From Candidatus Rifleibacteriota bacterium (GTDB lineage: Bacteria > Muiribacteriota > Ozemobacteria > Ozemobacterales > Ozemobacteraceae), in NCBI GenBank assembly GCA_024710355.1, contig JANJUX010000055.1:34248-98247 (forward strand): a stretch of DNA of 64,000 nucleotides, in the 5' to 3' direction. Below the pieces are notes generated by a model. The model did not search any database. It saw only the letters and a program-made list of their open reading frames with translations, and had not been told where the DNA came from. The translations under genes were made by a program, and so were the position numbers. Of the stretch, positions 19,306-29,500 are shown one piece after another; the first letter of the stretch is position 1; each line of letters starts with the position of its first letter.

Positions 19306-21651
19306 TCAGTAGACTGTAGCTCTTTTCAGTTCCAATATCAGTCCGCTCATGAAACCGGTTGAAATGCCGCTGATCAGACCTGAGAAAGTGACCCGTTGGC
19401 CATTTTCAAGACTCTTGCCAATCGATTCGGATACTTCGAAAAAGACGTGGTATTTGCTTGCAGACGGGGAATCAATGTCCACATGGCATTTATAAGGAGA
19501 AAACCAGCCGCCGGAGACACTGTTTACCCAGCCTGAACCGCTTACGGTAATTTTGTTGAGAAAAGTTGTCAGACGTTCGGAAGGATAGGATGTTTCCTGC
19601 AAAATTTCGGCGATTTCATCATAGGTATACTGGTTTTTACGCTGAAGTTTTTTGATGATTTCCTCTTCACGTTTTTTATTTTCTTCAGATTGCTTCTGCA
19701 TTTCAAGTTTCATTTGTTTCTGTTCTTCGGCAATTTCTTCGAGGGTCTTGAAACCGGGAACCCGTGAGTTTGCAAGGCCGGAAACGATTTCGACATCGCT
19801 CAGGCCAACATCCCAGGTAGCGAGAAATGTTCCGGCACTGGTTATTTTGCCATTAAACTCGATGTTAGCCCCTTCCGCAAGACGTGAAGCAGTTTCTTCA
19901 TTGACCGGAAAATTAATTTCCGCAGCCGAAAGGCCGGCACCGGGGGCATCGATATCTACTCCAACCATATAATTCTGCTTAATAAGATCGCCATTAACAG
20001 TCTGCACCCAGCCTTTCCAGCTGACATTTTTGCCGTTCATCGCTGCGGCAAATTCATCAATGCAGGTTCCGTCGCCCTCATTGAGGCGCATCCGACATTC
20101 TTCACGAATTTCGAGCAGAGTATAATTGTCTCCGCTTTTTACACGGTCAAGAAGAGAAGAAGAAAAGAGTCCACCTGACCATGATTTGGATCTGGTATTC
20201 GCTTTCGTGCCCGAACCCGAACCCGTGCCCCTGGCATTACCGGCTGCGGGCATATGCGCGTTTAAAATGGTCGCAATCCATAAAAGGAAAACAAAACTGG
20301 CAAACGAAGACCCCCAGAGGCAGCCGAAAGCTTCTTTTGGCGACCTGAATCCTAATTTTTCCGGCCAGAGGCAGCCGGCGATTCCGGCAAAAAAGAGAGC
20401 CGGTGTGCCGAGAAGAAGAAGCAATGCCCCCAGCGCGGGCAGCAGCCTGAAAAGCGTGAATGGCAGAAAATTAAAAAGAATGGCTGAAGCCAGAAAAAGC
20501 AGACAGATTGCCAGATAAATGATCAGATATTCCGGAAGATAATATCTGACGGCTGAATGGATTTTTTTCCAGTCGATACCCTTCAGAAAATCTATAACCT
20601 GTTCCTTGGAAGGCATGCTGTTGGGTTCAGGCTTAGTGTACTGAGGTCTGTAAAATCCAGGCTTCAAATTTTCCGTCTTAACCGGTTTTCTAACAGGCTC
20701 CGGAGCCGGTTTGGGTGGCGGTTCCGGAGTGGGTTTTTCCGCTTCGGGATTTTTGATCCTGTTGATGACAGCTTTAACTTTGTTTTGAGCTGCCGGGTTG
20801 AGATCGTCAATTACCGCTTCGAGATAAGTAAGTGATTCGGCTCCGCCTATTGCAGCGACAGCCTTCAGCGAGCCGTCGAACAACAAAGGGTCTGAGAGGC
20901 TTTCTGCCAGATAAGGCAGATAATCCGGGGATGGTATGTGGCAGATCGCAGAGCAGGCAGCCAGGAAGAAATGCGGCAACTCGCGCTTTTCGAGCATTTT
21001 GATCAGCATTTTCCCTGATACGTCGGGGCGTGCTGAAGCGATAGCCCTCGCAGCATTTGCTTTTACTCTGTGATTCGTGTGTTCGAGCAGCTGAGCGAAT
21101 ATTACCACACATTTGGGGGTATCGATTGCCTCGAGCCCTTCAATAGTATTGGCGACGATTCTTTCGTCATTATTTTTAAGGTATGGCACCAGGACCGGAA
21201 TAAGGTCTTCGCGGGGAAAATAAACGCCAAGATTCTTGGTGATGAATGAGATGACAATCGGATCGCCGGCAGTTGCGAGATAGTTCAGCAGCAGAACCAG
21301 ATCGTTTTCGACCCGTTTAATCATGATTTTCTGAAGAATCTCGATCGCGACAAAGTGAGATTGCGCCGTCTGCAGCTTTTTGAAAAGCATTTCAGAACTG
21401 AGTGAATCATTGTCGAATGTCTCTGGATTCGAGGGCACAGAAGTCGATGAGGGTGCTTCAGACCGCTTTGAGATGGCAGTGTAGACTTTTCTGGCCCAGA
21501 AACGAACGGCAGTGTCATCTGAACTGGTCAGTTCTCTGAGGGCCGTGGCGGTTGATTCATCGGGCTGGAACGAATTGTCCTTAAAAAGTTCCTGTAGCAG
21601 TTTTGCTTTTTTTTCGTTGTCAGCTTTGTTCAGCAATTCAGTTATCTGCAT
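19306..21651 (-). CDS. HEAT-repeat membrane protein, paralog of 16381-19131, with Pro-rich linker, TM block and duplicated C-terminal beta-rich domain
   Basis: 781 aa. The N-terminal HEAT region is similar to the plus-strand paralog (VRFWARKV vs IRFWAKKV; ERIVANTIEGLEAID vs ERVVANTIEGIDAMG). It also has a PEPPPKPAPEP linker, about 4 TM helices and a coiled coil, plus two repeated roughly 100-aa C-terminal modules (GWVQTVNG...VDIDAPG / GWVNSVSG...VDIDSPS). Confidence 0.7.
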   Translation of the reverse strand: MQITELLNKADNEKKAKLLQELFKDNSFQPDESTATALRELTSSDDTAVRFWARKVYTAISKRSEAPSSTSVPSNPETFDNDSLSSEMLFKKLQTAQSHFVAIEILQKIMIKRVENDLVLLLNYLATAGDPIVISFITKNLGVYFPREDLIPVLVPYLKNNDERIVANTIEGLEAIDTPKCVVIFAQLLEHTNHRVKANAARAIASARPDVSGKMLIKMLEKRELPHFFLAACSAICHIPSPDYLPYLAESLSDPLLFDGSLKAVAAIGGAESLTYLEAVIDDLNPAAQNKVKAVINRIKNPEAEKPTPEPPPKPAPEPVRKPVKTENLKPGFYRPQYTKPEPNSMPSKEQVIDFLKGIDWKKIHSAVRYYLPEYLIIYLAICLLFLASAILFNFLPFTLFRLLPALGALLLLLGTPALFFAGIAGCLWPEKLGFRSPKEAFGCLWGSSFASFVFLLWIATILNAHMPAAGNARGTGSGSGTKANTRSKSWSGGLFSSSLLDRVKSGDNYTLLEIREECRMRLNEGDGTCIDEFAAAMNGKNVSWKGWVQTVNGDLIKQNYMVGVDIDAPGAGLSAAEINFPVNEETASRLAEGANIEFNGKITSAGTFLATWDVGLSDVEIVSGLANSRVPGFKTLEEIAEEQKQMKLEMQKQSEENKKREEEIIKKLQRKNQYTYDEIAEILQETSYPSERLTTFLNKITVSGSGWVNSVSGGWFSPYKCHVDIDSPSASKYHVFFEVSESIGKSLENGQRVTFSGLISGISTGFMSGLILELKRATVY

Positions 21652-21809
21652 GGCGATTCTCTCACATGGTGTTTACAAGTCTATCTGGAAACTCAAAAGG
21701 CCCGATTTGCAAGCACATTCTAGCAGATCGGGCGTCAAATGGTCAATTGCCGTTCTCGTTCCTATACAACCTCTAAAAAAATATGGTTCATGGCCGCCTT
21801 GCCTGAAAA

Positions 21810-22241
21810 TCAAGCAGCCCAGTTTTCGAGCTTTAGGCGCGGAATCCGGCTGAATTCTCTTTCATTGTTTGAGACAAGAGTAAGGTCTCTGGCGAGGGCC
21901 TGCGCGGCGAGCTGCAGGTCGTAGGCTCCTATTGGCGTCCCTTTTTCCTCAAGAAATGCCCTGATTTTTCCATATTCAGTCGCATCCAGGGAAGTGAAAT
22001 CAATGATGGAGAATGGGGCGAGAAATTCGACAAGGGCTTCACGCGTAGTGTTTTTTCTGCTGCTTTTCTGTAGACCATATTCGAGCTCTGCGACAGTTAC
22101 AGAAGAAATGGCAATTTCGTCAACCGATCTTTGTCGCACCTTTTCAACTACGCTTTTTGAGCGCATGTTGATGGCGTAGATGCAAATATTTGTATCGAGC
22201 AGGTAGATGAGTTTGATCTCGCGACTTTTTTTGCCTTTCAT
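21810..22241 (-). CDS. vapC: PIN-domain toxin VapC
   Basis: LLDTNICIYAI with acidic PIN residues. Overlaps the upstream antitoxin gene by 4 nt. Confidence 0.8.
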   Translation of the reverse strand: MKGKKSREIKLIYLLDTNICIYAINMRSKSVVEKVRQRSVDEIAISSVTVAELEYGLQKSSRKNTTREALVEFLAPFSIIDFTSLDATEYGKIRAFLEEKGTPIGAYDLQLAAQALARDLTLVSNNEREFSRIPRLKLENWAA

Positions 22242-22477
22242 AATTCTCTGTCTGTTGGTGCGGGCTGATTTCTGCTGGTCATAAAATCATCTGGAAATTT
22301 TTCAAGAGAATTTTCGAAAAGATCGAAAGCAGAGCCAGCCGGGTATAAAACCACAAGGTCACCAATTTTCTTGACGAGGACTTCAGATTCTTTAAACCTG
22401 CATTCTTTCGGCAATCTAACTGCCTGGCTCTGACCATTCATGAAAATTTTCGCCACTCTGGTCATACGGCCCTCCAT
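22238..22477 (-). CDS. vapB: VapB/VagC-type antitoxin (AbrB/SpoVT fold)
   Basis: AKIFMNGQSQAVRLPKECRF is a typical VagC/VapB N-terminus. Confidence 0.75.
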   Translation of the reverse strand: MEGRMTRVAKIFMNGQSQAVRLPKECRFKESEVLVKKIGDLVVLYPAGSAFDLFENSLEKFPDDFMTSRNQPAPTDREL

Positions 22478-22512
22478 ATATTTTTAGTATATATCAAAAT
22501 ATATATCATGAG
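22476..22512. promoter_or_regulatory. AT-rich palindromic repeats (TATATAT x3) upstream of vapB; likely vapBC promoter/operator
   Basis: catatatttttagtatatatcaaaatatatatcatg sits immediately 5' of vapB in an otherwise GC-rich genome. Confidence 0.4.
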
Positions 22513-22765
22513 CTGCCTACTGTAAAGCAGCATCTGGTAGTTTTCGTTGGTTTGAGTTTTGCATTTTTTTATTTTTCGCATTCGAGGAAAATTTTCTGCG
22601 TGACTATGGTTGTTTCGGGAGAATTTCCTTGAAACTGCTGCTTTTTGCCCCTTGAGGCTGGAACGCTTTTTGCTTTTGTTATGTTTCGGTGAAAAAAAAT
22701 AGAAAATTTCCGGAATATAACTGCTGAAGACGTTGAAAATGTTACGGCAAGCAAGGAGGGGCAAA

Positions 22766-24820
22766 ATGAAAAGGTTTAACGCGGGGACCCTGGCTCTGCT
22801 CTGTGTTTTCCTGCTGGTGCTCGTGGCTCAGTCGTTCGGTGCCACCAGTGACGATCTGCAGGCGATCAAAAAACATATTGCCACCTGTGAGGCTGGCGTA
22901 AAGCTCAACCAGTATTTTGTTCGCGTTAACCAGAGCTATCTGCAGCGCCAGATCAGCAACACTCAGACTCTGGCCGGCAATTACCAGCGCCAGCTCGACA
23001 ATCTGCCGCGCAATCTGGTCAACAATGTGAACGCGGTCAACCGCAAACTGGCTGCGACCAACAATTCATGCCTTAAAGAACTGCAGGCGAATTCTGCTGA
23101 GATTGCCAGAGTCGGCCGCGAGTTTGACGCCCTGATCGAGTATCAGGCCATGCAGAAACAGATCGAACCCGCCCGCGCCGCTGTCTTTAACCGTGAAATA
23201 GCCAGACTTGAAAGTCTCAAAAAAAACCGTCTGGCATCATATCGCAGCCGCGAGACATATATTCTGTCGCGCATGCAGCTGGCTAAAAAAGATGCCGACC
23301 GGCAGATTTACCAGCTGAAACAGAGTCACATGGCGAATCGCAGCTCACTGCTCAAGCGCATTCAATCGGTATGGTCACAGCTGAATTCGACAATAAACAG
23401 GATCAACCAGCTTGTCGGCCGACTTTATGAGCAGATTGGCCGTCTGACTGAGACAATTGCCGAACTCGAAAAGAAACTGGCCGACAGTGCAGGTTCGAAT
23501 AACGGCTCTGGCAATGATTATGGCACCGGTCAGACCGGCCAGCTGCTCACCGGGGAACTTGTCTGTCTCGAAACACAAAAACAGAACCGACCGGTTTACA
23601 GCGGTGAACAGCTCACCTTTTCACTCGAAAATCTGCGCCGGGTATCCGTTACGCAAGCCGGCACCGTTTATTATGTCGTCGCCCCGGCCACAGTCGCCAG
23701 CTGGAGCTGGAAAGCTGAGGGTGGCAGTTTTGACGCCAGACGTGCGCTCGAGTCTGCCCTGCCGGTGCAGCGAAAAATCTGGAACACCGCCGACCGGGCC
23801 GGCTGGTACAGCATTGAATGCGGCGTCGACGTTTACGGCAACGGTAAGCTGACCGCAACTTTTACTCATCGTCTTTACATAAGCCAGAAGATGGTTGTGC
23901 AGCCGCCTGCCTCCTTCTCGATCAACATCGTCGGGCAGAGCCCGATTCCGTGCAGCCTGAACGCCAGGCGCCAGGTTGAGTTTACGCAGACTTTTACCGC
24001 TGACACAGCCCTTACCAGCACTCTGACCTGGCTGGCGACGCCGGGCAAGCTCGAAGTGAACGGCAAAACCGCAAGGTGGAGCCTGACCTGCGCTCTTGAC
24101 GCCATGCCTGACGTGGTGACAGTAACCTGTCTTTCGAGCTTCAATGGCCAGAGTTACCGCTGTGAGAAAAAGTTTGAACTGTCGAAAAAGGCTGCCGAAG
24201 ATGAAAAAGACCCGGCAACTGCCGCGAAGAACGCTGACCCGGCAACGCTTCTCGGTTATTTTGAAAAGCTTGGTATTAAAATTGATAATAATTTCGGGCC
24301 GAATGGCATGCCAGAACTCTGGAGCCGCGAACAGCTCTATTACGCCTGGAAAACTGTCACTTCGCTGCCTGAACATTTTGCCGCTTCGCTCAAAACCCTG
24401 AAGCGTGTGACCGGCTTTCCCGGCAACCCGCTGGTGCTTGGTTACGTCTATGGGGGTATTCCGACCGTCTACATGTGCAACTTATCGACCGGCGGCAGTC
24501 GCTTTGAAACAACCCTGGTTCATGAAATGGCCCATGTCTGGTATTTTGACAAAGCCAATCTGGACATAAAAAATGCCTGGCAAAACACCTTCTGGAAAGA
24601 CGGCAAACTGGCAACTGCGGTTAAAGAGCCGCCGGTTTCGATCTACGGGCACACCAACGTTCACGAAGATTTCGCTGAAGCCTGCAAATACTACTGGTCC
24701 GATGGCCCGAAAATGGCCGAAACCAGCCCGCTGCGTTATAAATTTCTGCATGAACAGGTTTTTAAAATGCAGTACACCGCCGCCAACCCTTATTCAAAAG
24801 AAAAAATCTACCAGCCCTGA
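22766..24820 (+). CDS. secreted coiled-coil protein with C-terminal HEXXH zinc-metallopeptidase-like domain
   Basis: Start MKRFNAGTLALL with an aggagg RBS and a signal peptide. Long Q/L/R-rich coiled-coil N-half. C-terminal TLVHEMAHVWYF (HEXXH) plus downstream HEDFAEA as a candidate third ligand. Confidence 0.6.
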   Translation: MKRFNAGTLALLCVFLLVLVAQSFGATSDDLQAIKKHIATCEAGVKLNQYFVRVNQSYLQRQISNTQTLAGNYQRQLDNLPRNLVNNVNAVNRKLAATNNSCLKELQANSAEIARVGREFDALIEYQAMQKQIEPARAAVFNREIARLESLKKNRLASYRSRETYILSRMQLAKKDADRQIYQLKQSHMANRSSLLKRIQSVWSQLNSTINRINQLVGRLYEQIGRLTETIAELEKKLADSAGSNNGSGNDYGTGQTGQLLTGELVCLETQKQNRPVYSGEQLTFSLENLRRVSVTQAGTVYYVVAPATVASWSWKAEGGSFDARRALESALPVQRKIWNTADRAGWYSIECGVDVYGNGKLTATFTHRLYISQKMVVQPPASFSINIVGQSPIPCSLNARRQVEFTQTFTADTALTSTLTWLATPGKLEVNGKTARWSLTCALDAMPDVVTVTCLSSFNGQSYRCEKKFELSKKAAEDEKDPATAAKNADPATLLGYFEKLGIKIDNNFGPNGMPELWSREQLYYAWKTVTSLPEHFAASLKTLKRVTGFPGNPLVLGYVYGGIPTVYMCNLSTGGSRFETTLVHEMAHVWYFDKANLDIKNAWQNTFWKDGKLATAVKEPPVSIYGHTNVHEDFAEACKYYWSDGPKMAETSPLRYKFLHEQVFKMQYTAANPYSKEKIYQP

Positions 24821-24967
24821 AAAAGTAACCTGACCGATAGACCGCGACATCGAATCAGGTATAGAATTGCCGGTATGCTATTCCCGCGTCTGATTCTTCG
24901 AGACATAAGCGTGGGGAGTTGTAAAAGCCCGTGAACAGATGTGACGAACGAACAAAAGGGGAAAATT

Positions 24968-25432
24968 ATGAAATACTTGATGATGGCTGTATTATTTCTC
25001 GGAATCCTTTCGACCGGGGTGCATGCAATGATAGAAACCCTCAACCTCGATGAGCTGGTTGGCCGCTCGGAAATGATCTTGACCGGAAAAGTCACGGCAA
25101 TCAAGCCGGTGCCGAGAACGCCCGAGACTGCCGCAATTTATGCCGATCTGCCCGAACAGCTCTCTTTTCTCGATAACGAAATTGAAGTGATCGAAAGCTG
25201 CAAAGGCAGTCTGAAGGCCGGCGAAAAGCTCAGCGTCAGAACTCTCAGCGGCTTCGAAGATTCGAGTATTTTTGTTGCCGACCGCAGTTACCTGCTTTTT
25301 CTCGCCGTCAGAGACGGGCAATATGAGGTCGTAAACACGCCGCAGGGCTGCTGGCCGGTCGAAGAGGACGGCAAATTCGGCGGCATGGGCTTCGAAACGA
25401 CCATGGAACAGGTCAAAGCCGCAATCAAATAG
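24968..25432 (+). CDS. small secreted hypothetical protein
   Basis: Signal peptide MKYLMMAVLFLGILSTGVHA. No recognisable domain. Confidence 0.5.
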   Translation: MKYLMMAVLFLGILSTGVHAMIETLNLDELVGRSEMILTGKVTAIKPVPRTPETAAIYADLPEQLSFLDNEIEVIESCKGSLKAGEKLSVRTLSGFEDSSIFVADRSYLLFLAVRDGQYEVVNTPQGCWPVEEDGKFGGMGFETTMEQVKAAIK

Positions 25433-25505
25433 TTTTTGCAATATTTTCAGCAGCTGTCGCGATTTTCAAGTCGTGCCTGTTTGGCAATTGTGAGACATAA
25501 GAACC

Positions 25506-26528
25506 ATGAATGAAATAATTACCAGTGATTTTCCGGATCGCGCGGCTGCAGATAAGGATAAAAAGGTCCAAAGAACCTGTTTTTCGCACCTCTGGAGCTT
25601 TTTCTGCTCGTCCACCTTTCTGATTACCGGTATCGGCTTTGCGATAGCTCTGGCGCTTCTCGGTGCAACCCGCAGCTATGGGCTGGCTTCCGGGTTTGCC
25701 TTTATTTATGCCTTTTTCTGGCAGCGGCGCGCTACCCGCCAGGGCTGTTTCATGCCGGTCTTCATTTTCATGGCATTCTTCACCTGGCAGTTGCTGGTGG
25801 TTGGGGCGTTGGTCTATAACACCGGTCTTTACCGGCAGATCGACTTTGTACAGCTGCGCAACGACCTGAAGCGTGAGGCTCCCGAACTCTATGAGTTTGG
25901 TGAAAAAATTGTCAAAAACCTCGGCATCGACGTACAGGGCATGATGACCAATGTGGTTGACGCAGCCCGGAATGCCGTGGCAGAGTTCACCCGCGACCCC
26001 GAAGAAAAACGCCTGATCGAGCTTGAGCATGCTTTTCAGGAAAATCCCGGCAGTGTTTCTGCTGTCATGGCGCTTGCCGAAGCCTACGCCGCCCGATCGG
26101 ATCTTGCGTCAGTAAAGCTGGCGACAGCCCTTTACGAGGCTCTCGTCGAGGTCGAAGCGAACGATACCTGTCTGGCGGCCCTCGCAGATTGTTACGCCCG
26201 GCTGCTGCGGCCAGATATGGCCTTTACAACTGCGGCCCGCCGCGCCTGGCTCCCGCAGGCGCCGCTTGACCGGGTCGCCCGTCAGCTCGCTCTGCTGGCA
26301 ATAACCGCCAATGATCTGCCGCGCGGTATATTTGAACTGGAAAAGCTGCTGCTGGCGCCGACGGCCGAAGAGCCGGAAATCAAGCTGCTGCTGGCTGGCC
26401 TGAATCATGATTTGGGCAATGACGAAAGAGCCATGCTGCTGCTGAATGAAATAATCGCTGAAGTGCCGGCCGGGTTTGCAACCGCTCAGCAGGCGACAAA
26501 GCTGCAGCAGATATGGCAGGCGAAATAA
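25506..26528 (+). CDS. membrane protein with C-terminal TPR-like helical domain
   Basis: Three or four TM helices at the N-terminus, then Ala/Leu-rich helical repeats. The stop lies 1 nt before the start of the next gene. Confidence 0.5.
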   Translation: MNEIITSDFPDRAAADKDKKVQRTCFSHLWSFFCSSTFLITGIGFAIALALLGATRSYGLASGFAFIYAFFWQRRATRQGCFMPVFIFMAFFTWQLLVVGALVYNTGLYRQIDFVQLRNDLKREAPELYEFGEKIVKNLGIDVQGMMTNVVDAARNAVAEFTRDPEEKRLIELEHAFQENPGSVSAVMALAEAYAARSDLASVKLATALYEALVEVEANDTCLAALADCYARLLRPDMAFTTAARRAWLPQAPLDRVARQLALLAITANDLPRGIFELEKLLLAPTAEEPEIKLLLAGLNHDLGNDERAMLLLNEIIAEVPAGFATAQQATKLQQIWQAK

Positions 26529-26529
26529 C

Positions 26530-29500
26530 ATGAAAAAAACTTCGAAAAAAATTATCGCAGCTTCACTGTTTCCTCTGTTTATGGCTTTTTCGCCGCTGCT
26601 GGCAGAAATTATCAGCAATGATGAGCTGATTGCAAGCGCCATGGCTGTGGCAGAGGGCAGGGCCACTCCGCGCCAGCAGGCGATTGCCTTTTCCTGCAAT
26701 GACCGGATCAACAATCTGGCCCTGACCGGCAAAATCAGTAACAGTGTCTATCAGACCAACCAGCAGGCTTTTGTCGAAAAAAATGACGAGCTGATCCGCC
26801 AGGCCGCAGATAAAAGCGGCATGACAATTGCCTCGCCCAAAAAGCAGAGTAAAGACTACAAGCCCGGAACCGACACCGACCGGCAACTGCTCGGGGCGGG
26901 CCGCGAACTGACGGTTCAGAATGTCAAAGATGCCCGCAATAATTATAATCAGGCGGTGGCTGGCTATCTCAAAGAGGCCGGGCTCAAGGCCGACGGCGGC
27001 ACCAACTGGGCGGCCAGGCTGACGACCGATATTATGCCATCGCCGCATCAGATGAAGCCTGATGCCTTTCGCGAAGCGACCAGTTACATCAATTCAAAGG
27101 GCGGTCTGGCCTATAGCGACCCTGAAGCCGCCAGGCTGCAGCTCGATATCGATGACGAAAAAAAGCTCTCTCTGAGCGCTGCCGAGACTAAAGCCTATCA
27201 TAATGAGATGCAGCACAAAATCAAGGAAATGAGCAATGAAGTCAGGCGCCTGCAGCAGGAAAAGGCCGGCGTTACCGACCCGGACAGGCTCGATAATCTC
27301 GATGCCGAGATCAGAAAGCACACCGCTTTCATGAGCAAATATATTGCTCGTGATAACAAGGTCGCTGACCTTCTGATAAAAGAAACTGAGGCCTTGAGAG
27401 AGCGCCAGAAAAATGCCCGTGATAAACAGGCTGATTCAAGGTTGAACGAAGGCAAATATGAGAGCAATTCTTCGCGTCTGGTTGAAGATTCGCAGCAGCG
27501 CAATGCCTCAAAGCAGGCGATCAGAGGCGAAGCTGCCGTCGATGCCATGAATGAACAGCTGGCGGTCAAGGCGACCCGCCGGGTTAACGACGCCATTGCC
27601 GGTCTGGCAAATGCCGGCGATAAAAGCACTCAGGCCGGCGAAATAATCGCCGCAAATCTGAAGAAGCTCCCGGCTGCCAGACAGTCACAGGCCATTGCCG
27701 ACCTCGAGGTAAAATACGGCTCTGAAATGGCAAAAAGCGTGGCCGGTGCGCTGAAAAAACAGCAGCCGACAAAATCAACCGCAGGTGATCTTCCCGGCTC
27801 CGGTCGAAAGCAGAGCATCTGCGCCGGCCTCGGGCTGGTCAATACCGCCCTGAACGTGCGCAATCAGTATGCTGAAGGCAAAAGCACCACCGAAATTCTC
27901 TGGAACATGTCTTTTGCCGGCGACCTCGAAACAGTCAGCCGCGAAACCTCAGACTATACCAGCCGCGAAATCGAGCGGCTCCGGCAGAAATACCGTGCCG
28001 CCGGGGAAGACCCCGAATCGACAGCCACAAAGCTGAAAATTCTGGCCGAGGCTTCGCTGAAGGGCACGCTTCACGGTTCGCTGACCGGCAGCTACGAACT
28101 GTTTAAATCTGCTTCAAAGGGAGTTGCCGGCGCGGCGCTTACTGCCGGCGAATCGGCAATTTTTCTCGTCGGCGAAGCCCTCGATACCGGCAACGTTCTC
28201 GATCAGGCACTGGCCGAAATGAAGGCTCAGAACATGGAGCAGTCAGTGCAAAACGCCAGGGCGGCGCGGTTTGGTCGCCAGGCCGTAGCAGAATTGAAAC
28301 GTCTGGCGGGCGAAGCCGACTATCTTAAATCGGTTCTCGAGCAGAATGCCCGCTCGGCGCGTCTGTTCTGCCGTGATGCCGATGCCCGGCTCGATGAACT
28401 GGCATCTCTGCTGCGTCAGAGCCGCGAGGCGGGCGAAATCGCCAAAGCTGCCAATCTGCCAGAACTCGAAAAAAATCTCATAAAAAAAATCGCAGCCACA
28501 GACAGGGAAATCACAGCCCTGAACCGGCAGGCAGAGAATGCTCTGGCTGTTCTGAAGGGCGGTGAGCCTGCCGTCGCCGAGAAGACCGCAAAAACACTGC
28601 GCGCTGCCGCTGATCAGCACCGGTCTCAGCTTGAATCCATCGGGGCTGAACTCGATAAAATGCTCGGAATTATTTCGGGGCCCGACGATAAGATGCTGCG
28701 TGAGGCAGCCGGAGCCATCAGTGCAAACCTTATCGAGCAGAGCGGCAAGGCGACAGCGAATGCCGAAATCATGCGCAAAAACGAAGCTCAGTATAAAAAG
28801 GTTCTGGCCGCATTCGACAGCCTGAAAAGTCGGGTCGAAGAAGCTGAGAGCTTTTTTGCCGATAAACGGCAGGCGAACGAAGGCGACTGGATGGTGATCA
28901 GGTCTGATATCAGTCGAATCACCCGGCCCGACGGCCGCATGCCCGAAGCCTTTTTTGCTGAAGTCGGTACCCTTGAGCGCCTGCCGGAAAAGATAAAAAG
29001 CGATCTTGCCCGCCTCAAAATGCCGGCCGGCAGTGCTGAAACCGTTGCAGAAAGCCAACCCGAAAACGAAGCGCGGGTGGTGCAGCTGGCTGCATCGCTT
29101 CAAAATGCTACAGATACGCTGAGCCGGGTATATGCGACGATCGAAAAAATCGCCGCCGCCGCCTCGCCGCCGCCAAAGCAGGCTTCTGATGTCAGAATAC
29201 AGGCTCCTCAGAACGCCTTTGCCGGCGAGCCGGTGCAGTTCAGGGCTGAGCTGCCGGTGACGGTTTCTGTTGGCCTCAGCGTCGGTTCGAGCGTCAGACC
29301 GGCTGTCAGATTCGACCCATACGACGGGCATGACCCCGACTCGGCGCACGGCATGCTGGCTCTGAGTGAATACAAACGCGCTTATGAATCCGGCCGGGCC
29401 GAAGAGTATATTGCCGAAAAAACTGGTCAGAAGTCCTCGGGCTCGACTGCGCCGGTGATCGAGTGGTTTTTCGATGACAACAGCGGTGCGGGCAATAACA

